Shown here: positions 37,701 through 45,248 of the stretch, one piece after another
Numbering within the stretch: position 1 is the stretch's first letter
How the letters are laid out: each line of letters begins with the position of its first letter
Made by a program: the position numbers and the translations under genes
Virus record (IMG/VR): IMGVR_UViG_3300042317_001497
DNA length: 64,000 nt
Origin: a virus
Reading direction: 5' to 3' (one strand)
Notes under the pieces: generated by a model
What the model was told of the DNA's origin: nothing
What the model saw: only the letters and a program-made list of their open reading frames with translations
Databases searched by the model: none

Positions 37701-40700
37701 CCTTTTTTGGTTCCGCTCTTTTCGGCAAATGTTAAAGCGGCTGAGGTGCTAGAATCTAGAGCCGTTTTAAGTTGCTCAAGGGCAGCTGGTGTTGCGGCGC
37801 CTGCGTTGCTAATTTCTGTTAAAATATTAGATATTTTTTCGCTACTCTGTTCCATTTGTTTTGCTGCTTTATTTTTTCCAAACTCATTAACAGCATTCTC
37901 AGCAGTTACAAAGGCTGTTGCTATACCAGCCGCAGCGGTTCCTAATCCTGCAATAATTCCTATTGGTCCTCCCATAGTAGCCATTGCTAAAGCTCCTCCA
38001 ACAGCGTTTGAAGATTGTTCAACAAAAGAATTATTAGAAGCTTGAGTCTCTGTTTGGGCTTCTTGAGTACCAAACATTTGAGCGGCCATAGGTATTCCCA
38101 TGCTTAGTCCATACATACCCATACCACCTCCCATACCTCCTCCTCCTCTACCCCCTCTTCCTCCTCCCCCTCCACCAAAACCTCTAGCTCTTCTACCGCT
38201 AGCATCTCTGGTAACACCATCTGCTCCCATAGTAGCAGCAGCACTTCTCCATCCTTGTTTACCCCCTCCAATATCTACTTTCTTTAATCCCATTAAACGA
38301 CCAGCAGCAGAATCTACTCCTTTGATTAATCCAAAAAAGGAGTTTTTAGTCAGAGAACCCACATCTGACATAACTTTCTTAAAACCTCCCATAAATGTTC
38401 CGGCATTTTTTATACTAGAACTCCATGAGGCTACTGCCATTCCTCCTTTATTAAGAGAAGAAGATAATTGTGAGGCTCCTAAATGCAATTTTGACATGCC
38501 ACTACTAACTTTAGCTGCTCCGGATACCAATGGAGACATAGCTTTATTAAATACTGATAGCAGAGCAGATCCGGATGTTCCTCCTTGAGCTAAATTACTA
38601 GCTCTGGCTTTAAGCTTGTCTGCTCCTGCTTCGTACTGCATAGATCTTATACGGTTGCCTCTTTCAGAGCCTGCTACGGCTCCTCCAACAGCTCCAATAA
38701 CTCCTCCTAGCGGAGCCCCAGCTAATCCACCGATAGCTCCACCAGCCGCAAAACCAGCCCACCCACCTATGGTGGCTCCTTGAAACATACCGAATCTATC
38801 ATCCGCTCTGTTCTGCTTTTTCCTGGCTAGTCTTTGCTCAGGAGTGGTAGATCTTTTCTCAGGAGTGGCAGCTTTCTCTATTGTCATACCAGAAACAGTA
38901 GCACCAACTCCCGTCCGACCTACCATAGTCATAGAATCCTTGCCGCTCTGAACAGCGGCTCTAAATGCTTGGTTTGCATCCCCGGTTTGTCTAACCTGTG
39001 TATTAAAAACTAGAAGTGCTTTTTCTGTAGCTTCAGTAGTAAAGCCTAATCTATTAAATCTAGCAGTAATTTTTGGGGCTATCCTATCTAAAGTAGCTTG
39101 AACATCACCGGGCCCATTGACTTTAAGCGGCTGGCCTTTACTGTTACTTAGTCCCGTTATTTGTTTAAAATCTCCTGTTCTACCAACCGTCCCGGCATTT
39201 CTAGTATCTGGTGTTCCTCCTAAAATATTTGGACCTCTAGCTTTGGATGGTTGTCTAGCAGCACTAGTAGTACCAGCAACCATGCTTTGTGCTAAAGCAT
39301 CTGCTTGAGACACACCTTTTTCTAAAGAGCGATCTAATCTTTTCATCGCCATTCCAACATCTTCAACTTTCCAGCCAGAAACTAATTTAGCTAATTGTTC
39401 AAAAGCTTGAGAGTTTTTTTGTATACTAGCTCTTAATCTAATAGCGTCTTTATTAGACATTCCAGATAATGCATTATCTATCTCTCCGCCAACAGCTAAT
39501 TTCTGTACGGATCCCCCTTTATTATATCTAACTATGCCTCCGGTATGATACTTTGGCAAGTTATCTAGTCCTACCCTGCCTCCAATATTTAGTTTATCTA
39601 GATTGTGGCGTCCTATCTGATTAGCCGATGTTCTATTTATAACATATTCACCCTCTTGGGCTAATATTGGTATGTCTCCACCTTTGGCTTTTTTGATAAA
39701 TTTTGTACCAACATTTTCTTGGTTCCATGTGGATATAGTAGGAGCCTCTTGTAGTTCTTTAAAAAAGCCGGAATATCTCCCGCTTTTTCTATTTTTCCTT
39801 ATCCTATTTAGTTGTTCTTCATTTAAATCATCAGCAACTATTCTACCATCTTCTACTAATTGGTATTTACCAGGATATACTTTGGAGCTACCCACATGAG
39901 TTGGTTTTTGATTAGGGCCGAGCTGTACTCTTTGACCTAGTGTTTTTGGTTTTACAGACCCCCCTACTGCATATCCCTTTAATAATTCTTCATAATTAGG
40001 CTTACTAATAGCTGATGAACTAGAATCTTTTAATCGTTCTGCTAAGTCTATTGCTTTATTGCTAGTTGGAGTTTGTGCTCCTAGAAAAGCTGCTAATTTT
40101 TTAGGATCAAATCGTTTATCTTTAGAAGATCTGCTAAGGTCCATAGGAGATGGAATTGATCCACCAAGTGCTTTTCTGGTTGCTTTTTTCTTTTTTGCTT
40201 GTTCTATATCTCTTTTATATCTTGTCGCTTGAATTAATTTTGATCTGGCAGTACTAGTATCACGAGTAGCATCAACCATAGCCCTGGGATCTATGCCTAC
40301 TAGCTTTGAGATTTCTGGACCCAAACCTTTTGGAAAGTCTAAGGCTTGTTTTTTAGGATTGTATGGTGCTCCTGCTGCTGCAAGCCCAGCTTCTAATCCA
40401 TATCCCTCAACATCTGGTAATATTTTTCCTACAATATCTCTAATACGTTTTTTATCTGTTACTGATTGACTGCCTGCTGATTTGCCTATTATTTTTCCTA
40501 GTCTAAGTGTAAGCTGTTCCATACTTCGTCTAATAACTGCTCTGACTCTTTTTGAATCTCTTTCAGGCAATACTCCTGTCTCTAATGTAGCAGGAAAGCC
40601 CTTAGTGGTTTTTTCTCCCCTTTTCTTTCTTCCTTTAACATCCGGAGTAACAACTTCTTCTGATGTTGGCTTATAATCGCCAGCGGAATTAAATAATCCA

Positions 40701-43700
40701 ACAACACCTATTTTTCTTTTCTTAGCTCTGGTTGAAGTTTTTTCTTCTTCAGCCTTTCTAATAATTCTTTGGTCTTCTAGTTCTTTTATGACTTTGGCTC
40801 TAATTTCTTCTGATCCTTTTGCTCTTTGGTCTAATAATCGACGAGAATCCATAGGAATAAAAACTCCTAATTTTTCCGCTTCTCTTAACAGGTCTGCTTT
40901 ACCCATATCGCTCAAAGACTTGATGGGTTTATCTGTGCCTTCGGCAAATCTTTGTCTTCGTTGCTCTAGTCTAGATAGCATCTTTGATGGAAATCTACCC
41001 AATTTAGTAGATAAAGAGTCTCTTTCTTTTCTTAAGAGACCTATCTTCTCTGCGTCCTCTAGTGGAGTAGTCTTGGTAACTCTAGCAGGAAGTTCTGATA
41101 GTTGTGCTTGAATTTTAGATAATCTTCCAGCAGTTCCTTTTCCAGATGAGCTATTAGCTTGAATCTTAGCCAAGATACTATCTAGTAGTTTTGGTCTTTT
41201 TTGTAGTGTGTCCATGTGTTTCTGAACATAGTCAAAACCTTCTGGGGTCAATAATTTTTTAAGTGATGCTGTGTCATTAGCCATTATAGCATCTCTGGCT
41301 TTGGTACCGCTAATTCCACCTAATCTGGGAGTAACAAAAGGAGCATATCCTGCTCTTGTATATTTATCTAAATCTTTTGGATTCTTCTCATCTCCGACTA
41401 TTGCAACATTACCTTTCGCTTTAGGTACAATATAGTCATCGTCTCCTACCTTAAAAGCAGAAGGGATGCTTCCAGGGCCACTACCGCTTGGCATAGCAGA
41501 CACATTGGTTCCTGTGGCTCCAAATACAGCTTTCGCCATACCCATTCTTGACGGTTTGTCGTCTGGACCTTTTAGTGGCATAAACGCAGATCTTTTATCG
41601 TGAGGATCTTTACTAAAAGGATCTATAGGAACATCACCACTAAGCAAGGCGACAGAATCTTTTGTTGGTATACCTGTCTTTTTTGATGCTGCTGAGATAG
41701 CTGCTGGATATCCGGCATGAACAGGTCCCATATTACCATAAAATAAAAGTGTTTTATCTGGCGTTCTAACATTGGGTTGATTAGTCCGAGTTTTCTTAAA
41801 GTTTTCTTCTAATTTAAGTGTTGCTACTTTTTTAGGGTCAACTCCAGATACCTCACTAGCAGCAATATACGCCTCGCCTACTCCACTATCTAAAGGAGCA
41901 CTCTTGGTGGCTCCGGCTTTTCTACCAAAAAGATTTTTACCAGTAGAGTCTCTAAGCTTTCTATTTTTCTTTAGAACCTCCTGAGACTCTTTAGTTCTAG
42001 AAGATAAAGCAATAACTCTATCAGCAGAGCTTAAAGCATTTCTTTGAGATGGTCCAGCAACAGAGGTGGTGTCTACTACCTGGTCAGATTTAAGAAGATC
42101 CGCTTCTGTTAATATAGGATATCTTGTAGTTTTTCTTAGTTTAGCATTATCTACTTCTTGTCCTCTAGCTCCTCCTTGAGCCATAGTACTTTTGGTAGAT
42201 CCTGCAACACCAAATATATTGGTTAATCTTTTTAGATCTCCTGATTGGCGACGAGATGCTGCAAGATTAGATAGGTGGTCTTTAAACTCTGCCACCCCTT
42301 TGATCCCTAGTCTTTTCATTTCTGCATCAATGATTGGGCCTTTAATAGGATCTTTTAGCAATCCAGATATCTCATCACTATCTATATATCCTACGCTTCT
42401 TGTTGCTGATCCTCCTTTGCCAAACTTTTGAACAATACCACCTATAGCATATGGCATCATGCTAATAGCGTTTTCTAAAGCATTATCATAGTATCTATCA
42501 GCTCTACGTTTAGCATTTCTCTTCTTTTTGTTTTTTTGTTCTTTTATTTTTAGTTTAGTTTTCAATAATCTATCTACTTCTACTCCTGAAATTTTAGAAA
42601 CTATAGCAGAATCCATTGGGGATAGTGATACTACTCCAACAGAAACGGGTTTCTTAGGAAGTCTATTAGAAGCCATGTCATTTGCTATTTTATTAGCAAT
42701 ATTGGATTTCAGAGCAGCATTTGCAGCTGCTGTTCTTTTAACATCAGTAGATATATCAGGTGGCATACCACTAAAAATAGGAGATAAAGCTGACCCTATA
42801 CCTCTTGGAAAATCAAAAGCTTGATTATTATCTTTTTTATCTTTTGACCGACCACTAATTTTTAATAAAGCTGTCTCGAATAATCCTCCATAAATACTTT
42901 CTTTATTTTGAATATTAATATTACCGGTTGGTATAGTTATATTTCCTTGTGTTTTATCAACAATAGCTTTAGAGAGATCGTTTACTCCTTGGTTTAGGTA
43001 CCCCTTTAATATTGCTTCTTCATTGATTTTTTGCTTCGTACCTTTTCTATTTAATCCTCTGATAATAAAAGGAAAATCCGTTTTAAATCTTCCTTTTCTA
43101 TCGTATGTTGTAGATTCTATTTTTTCTACAGCCTGTCCTACTGTACTCTTAGTTTTAGACGGTCTCCCTCTGCCAGATCGTACCTGTGCTCTCACCTCTC
43201 TCCACGAACCATTTTCAAATTTTTGTACATCTCCGCCAAATGCATGATTTCTAGCAGCATCCATTACTCCATCTGGTCCCCCAAGAGATCTTGTAGCATC
43301 TGTTCTTATAACAAAACTTCCTTCTGGTAATTGAGTATAAAAACTATCTGTGCGACCAGACCCAGGAACCTCAGCATATCCTCCTTTAGAAAATTTAGAG
43401 ACTCTTCCTCCTCTTCTTTTGCCCGCTATTCCATTTTTATCCGCATGATTTAATTGTCTTAATCTAGATACTCCAATCCTACTAACAGCATCAGGATATA
43501 CTACAGTTTCTCCCGGCATTAATGCAACATCCACATCCACAGGCCCGCCAGCAGCATATCTATTGATGGGTCCACCACTAGCTCGTCTTCTACCAGTAGA
43601 GCCTTGTCTCATAGCTCCTACGAATCCTAATCCAAATTGTGTAGCAGCCTGTGCTCCCTTAAATGCTAAAAGCATACCTAATACCGGCAACACACCCTTA

Positions 43701-45145
43701 GCACCATCGGCTAATTTAATAAGACCACTTGCAAGACCAAGCGCTCCTTTAGTTAAAAGCTGAAAACTATCAGAGCCCCCGATATCTCTAAATAAAGCTA
43801 AAAATTCTTCTCTTACTTTGGATATTTGATTTGCTAAAGATAATTGTGCTTTAATAGAATCCTCAGCCAAAGAACCTTGTCCTTGTTGAGCTACTGCTAA
43901 AGCTTCTTGTGCAGTGCCGAATTGCTGAATAAGGGGAATAACTTTGCCTATCTGACGAAAACCACCAAGCTCCTCAACGATCTGAGAAAACTTTAAATCT
44001 CTAGGATCTATGCTACTCAAACCTTTGGATAGTAGTTCAATAGCTTTGTAAGCTCCAACAAATTTACCCTGAGCATCAGTAAGATTAACATTGAACTCTT
44101 TCAACGCTTCAATAGTACTGCCTCTCTGGATACGAGTAAAGATAGTTCTTAAGCCAGTAGCAATAGTTTCTGCACTTTCACGAGTGGTGGCTCGAACACT
44201 AGTAAATACAGCAATAAATTCATTTAAAGCCTGTTTACCTTCACTTACTCCTCTACTAGCAGCAGCAAACACACCACCAGTACGCTGAATAGCAGCAATA
44301 ATATCACTAGATTCTACTGCAAATTTTGCTGCAACAGAATTTATAGAGCCTAATGAAGCCTCTAAATCTTTGGCACTAATATCAAACTGTCTCATTAAAG
44401 CAATAGAACCTTCTACCGTTCTATTCATATCATCAAAAGACGGAGCTAATGAGCTTAGAGCCAAAGCCTTAAGTGCTCTTTCAGTATCTCTAGCACTCAA
44501 TCCTGCCTGAGCCAAAGTAGACGAAATCTTTGTTAACTCTCCAGAAGAAACTCCTAAGTTTGTTGATAAGCCCGTAATCTCTTTTTCCAAACCCTTCAAA
44601 GATTCTGCGGATCCTCCGGTAACCTGTTGTAGTTTAACCAGTTCTTGATTATAATCTACATAAGCAGAAATACCTCCTTTAATAGCATTGGTTAATGCAA
44701 AAACACCTCCTGTTACTATACTAAATGCAGCAAATCTTCTAATAGCTAGATAAGATTGTCTACCGAACTCTGCCATTTCTGAATGAGCCATCTGAATTTG
44801 TCTAGAAGTATTAGAAGTGGCTCTAGATAAATTATTAGTAGTATTTACAGCAGCATTAAGCTGTTGTGTGGTTCTACCTACAGCATTGGTATTAAATGCT
44901 TGAGCAAAATTAGCAATTGCTGATGCTGCGGCATTTGCTGATGTTTGTGTCTGGGCTAATGTGGTATTTAATGTTACCAATGAAGCATTAAGTCTTCCAA
45001 CTCCGGTAACGGCGTTTGGATTAACTGTTAAATTAACAGTGCTATTGATAGTACCAAGCTGTCTACGAATATTAGAAACTATATTTCCAATATTAGATGG
45101 TCCTCTAAGATTTAGCTGTGCGGTTAAATTAAAAGCTGATGACAT
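31793..45145 (-). CDS. Tape measure protein with inserted cargo domains (4450 aa)
   Basis: Ala/Ser/Gly-rich helical N-terminus with a TP901-type TMP core (ELVKLQQVTG...LAQAGLSA...LIQQF); position after tail tube and chaperone-like genes; repeated A.GG...TDTVPAMLTPGEFVVN modules typical of TMP C-termini. Confidence 0.9.
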   Translation of the reverse strand: MSSAFNLTAQLNLRGPSNIGNIVSNIRRQLGTINSTVNLTVNPNAVTGVGRLNASLVTLNTTLAQTQTSANAAASAIANFAQAFNTNAVGRTTQQLNAAVNTTNNLSRATSNTSRQIQMAHSEMAEFGRQSYLAIRRFAAFSIVTGGVFALTNAIKGGISAYVDYNQELVKLQQVTGGSAESLKGLEKEITGLSTNLGVSSGELTKISSTLAQAGLSARDTERALKALALSSLAPSFDDMNRTVEGSIALMRQFDISAKDLEASLGSINSVAAKFAVESSDIIAAIQRTGGVFAAASRGVSEGKQALNEFIAVFTSVRATTRESAETIATGLRTIFTRIQRGSTIEALKEFNVNLTDAQGKFVGAYKAIELLSKGLSSIDPRDLKFSQIVEELGGFRQIGKVIPLIQQFGTAQEALAVAQQGQGSLAEDSIKAQLSLANQISKVREEFLALFRDIGGSDSFQLLTKGALGLASGLIKLADGAKGVLPVLGMLLAFKGAQAATQFGLGFVGAMRQGSTGRRRASGGPINRYAAGGPVDVDVALMPGETVVYPDAVSRIGVSRLRQLNHADKNGIAGKRRGGRVSKFSKGGYAEVPGSGRTDSFYTQLPEGSFVIRTDATRSLGGPDGVMDAARNHAFGGDVQKFENGSWREVRAQVRSGRGRPSKTKSTVGQAVEKIESTTYDRKGRFKTDFPFIIRGLNRKGTKQKINEEAILKGYLNQGVNDLSKAIVDKTQGNITIPTGNINIQNKESIYGGLFETALLKISGRSKDKKDNNQAFDFPRGIGSALSPIFSGMPPDISTDVKRTAAANAALKSNIANKIANDMASNRLPKKPVSVGVVSLSPMDSAIVSKISGVEVDRLLKTKLKIKEQKNKKKRNAKRRADRYYDNALENAISMMPYAIGGIVQKFGKGGSATRSVGYIDSDEISGLLKDPIKGPIIDAEMKRLGIKGVAEFKDHLSNLAASRRQSGDLKRLTNIFGVAGSTKSTMAQGGARGQEVDNAKLRKTTRYPILTEADLLKSDQVVDTTSVAGPSQRNALSSADRVIALSSRTKESQEVLKKNRKLRDSTGKNLFGRKAGATKSAPLDSGVGEAYIAASEVSGVDPKKVATLKLEENFKKTRTNQPNVRTPDKTLLFYGNMGPVHAGYPAAISAASKKTGIPTKDSVALLSGDVPIDPFSKDPHDKRSAFMPLKGPDDKPSRMGMAKAVFGATGTNVSAMPSGSGPGSIPSAFKVGDDDYIVPKAKGNVAIVGDEKNPKDLDKYTRAGYAPFVTPRLGGISGTKARDAIMANDTASLKKLLTPEGFDYVQKHMDTLQKRPKLLDSILAKIQANSSSGKGTAGRLSKIQAQLSELPARVTKTTPLEDAEKIGLLRKERDSLSTKLGRFPSKMLSRLEQRRQRFAEGTDKPIKSLSDMGKADLLREAEKLGVFIPMDSRRLLDQRAKGSEEIRAKVIKELEDQRIIRKAEEEKTSTRAKKRKIGVVGLFNSAGDYKPTSEEVVTPDVKGRKKRGEKTTKGFPATLETGVLPERDSKRVRAVIRRSMEQLTLRLGKIIGKSAGSQSVTDKKRIRDIVGKILPDVEGYGLEAGLAAAGAPYNPKKQALDFPKGLGPEISKLVGIDPRAMVDATRDTSTARSKLIQATRYKRDIEQAKKKKATRKALGGSIPSPMDLSRSSKDKRFDPKKLAAFLGAQTPTSNKAIDLAERLKDSSSSAISKPNYEELLKGYAVGGSVKPKTLGQRVQLGPNQKPTHVGSSKVYPGKYQLVEDGRIVADDLNEEQLNRIRKNRKSGRYSGFFKELQEAPTISTWNQENVGTKFIKKAKGGDIPILAQEGEYVINRTSANQIGRHNLDKLNIGGRVGLDNLPKYHTGGIVRYNKGGSVQKLAVGGEIDNALSGMSNKDAIRLRASIQKNSQAFEQLAKLVSGWKVEDVGMAMKRLDRSLEKGVSQADALAQSMVAGTTSAARQPSKARGPNILGGTPDTRNAGTVGRTGDFKQITGLSNSKGQPLKVNGPGDVQATLDRIAPKITARFNRLGFTTEATEKALLVFNTQVRQTGDANQAFRAAVQSGKDSMTMVGRTGVGATVSGMTIEKAATPEKRSTTPEQRLARKKQNRADDRFGMFQGATIGGWAGFAAGGAIGGLAGAPLGGVIGAVGGAVAGSERGNRIRSMQYEAGADKLKARASNLAQGGTSGSALLSVFNKAMSPLVSGAAKVSSGMSKLHLGASQLSSSLNKGGMAVASWSSSIKNAGTFMGGFKKVMSDVGSLTKNSFFGLIKGVDSAAGRLMGLKKVDIGGGKQGWRSAAATMGADGVTRDASGRRARGFGGGGGGRGGRGGGGMGGGMGMYGLSMGIPMAAQMFGTQEAQTETQASNNSFVEQSSNAVGGALAMATMGGPIGIIAGLGTAAAGIATAFVTAENAVNEFGKNKAAKQMEQSSEKISNILTEISNAGAATPAALEQLKTALDSSTSAALTFAEKSGTKKGSFVQDIVGNSNLGALLGSLEGATDNNDAQGAINRSQILDKKGIFAYLASAGDKDTELSNIRDLIPDMANDISKSFAIPADNIKKAFEQRTRSGESSASITSSPEFAKQAEILARSNPEAEKQLQLIQADTRLSEQDKRARRENIIAAYGNAAAMKAIKTTETQMAIEALGKSARNFSFSLKRMFNNMDIAIAASSNSLQSLSEKLELSAASASGNAKVGKSSEIQSMIDVLKNPRGYSDSQRSTAMKGASSVFGAQSGNMEKMLNLGANIEDTLMSTINSTLQANGGANNEEIGAKVESAVKDKLKSLNFPPDLANKLTGQVQAAVSKMRTRGDEKLDFSQLMEEIPALANSIESLKGASDSAIRALEFIKNSFDQLSDATNQITDIQVQNNSRLRNAQNILVTGTRNLDRALGKDIKLSDTKTDFNNQTRSFTGGATDPSAIRRNIQNLETQRNQQQTGLDQAKASTDMGGVLAFSDGLVKTNSAIRENVAALEQLAQNGDLASAALDQVSKIQAKQAAGVSIVERLVTSTPGELNNLNQAFNRLTNNMQGKANFGTSADQRKESLDVLNMIMPFLGDKQGGVKANILQSQLQESGIQSNPFIDQVLGSLRNPEADPEMKAATDTYREAITTQSEANIQLAKINTDLAGNIARSTADAVAAAIKNTPLNFSQMQTSDEQKGINKVPTMATGGVVYKSVGGNIFQPKGTDTVPAMLTPGEFVVNRSATQRNLPLLKSINSYSSGGAVKYYASGGMVDVRDSGSGASAGKSILSESATATDDVRLTKEEYPVLSENLVKNILTKTDEVSRLYGTPATVYGSYNTDQDFTGPIIAKLDKEAFKAKTDGLGINEIRRYLKTFNTSFDLTPDNWELGASNPIAIGIDREEKKGYLWGTVMEGSNLPTFEKYNTTGVGMSREEELANILLPYQAIQQTNALETHSKKYRISNNTTGGKDFKNYKIEDPDSSFLSKQTQLDLLNTLVTKLAGSTINNDDTLGKKILSAEDKYTGDREYKNGNKQSLDKILERSLFITTKPVKDKYYNAQWTNSKPQGLVTGNGNALTTVQKTTSFMGTDLKGRKQLGAANTDILRPGVLENTAKGTDVESKQKYIKERLKYFEELKNQYENINNFTIINSSKASNNKMNTLLESLYDDNLSGLFVSIPKNQLSSSWGDYGKITDFAYIYRKQFNDKWNRIVDSYKDNKDHVFSSDSNKLNIVKDSTAQSFNWSNKPIDLDRIKDIVSDIEEKNKKRESLFQLDEAVTSHAFEVAIGSEKYEGKFNTQKIKIPKLTEEKGYIPPTDEFLDGFLLSSSKEAPLLNPFLEAKQQLFTSQDPALIAQLLSGSYNTKEPLKLDNIDLVRLLTQEEGIQGGIDPSDISKAYTLIPDPKPEIFLFQQLEDAKNRMMEQRGETTLQPSAKLATSVDRKGKKAKASWLRKSYLDYANEAIKNIILPSIGVFKKFIPNFGLTKLDSSNQFKSYSEGLNKLQKEFGKRITNNKGDFLNDQLGSAWGNVGAVSKFIGALSLSDPSKELGSILGAGEFDLEKVKNVTPLFEKIKSYGQMLKNAGKSKIAAEMILAETNEKGVAADKKIPEAEQKAVDKAIRDTVGTGETATVDNKTGIITYKKLTDKDTPKSIRELGALSLNPYSFFPVQARQSLIDQLLSFFPADNKNKNLDKVKTDITALKNWYLFQDSYLSSKDPTPDDNKYLDDNYNTANTSLQNLTAGFFGLLPSRIKLDEMKKAKESRDQKAPEFQKPQTRANGGLIYASNGTLVNFAPRGTDTVPAMLTPGEFVVNRRATQNNLPLLKSINSGNYSTGGVVVQPKYFDRGGLNIGNAVSAGISSLLGLDSVSSTVLSSFSKSFSRNVKSLSTIKFDFGQKVMGDFVSSLNSLTKQLSSIDIPPTINISATHEVNINLKEGASILQSIEQTIASSVVAEVGRQIDELRKVITKNNDGAVELGSPSKPAGKP

Positions 45146-45173
45146 ATATAATTTCTCTTAAAATTTAAATGTA

Positions 45174-45213
45174 TAAAAACAAATCCCTATGCACAATAAT
45201 AGCGCACAGGGAT
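45174..45213 (-). terminator. Probable intrinsic terminator upstream of the TMP gene
   Basis: - strand ATCCCTGTGCGC-TATTATT-GTGCATAGGGAT (12-bp stem with 2 G-U pairs) followed by TTGTTTTT. Confidence 0.6.
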
Positions 45214-45248
45214 CTGTATATAATCGATATAATAAAAAATAAATATTA

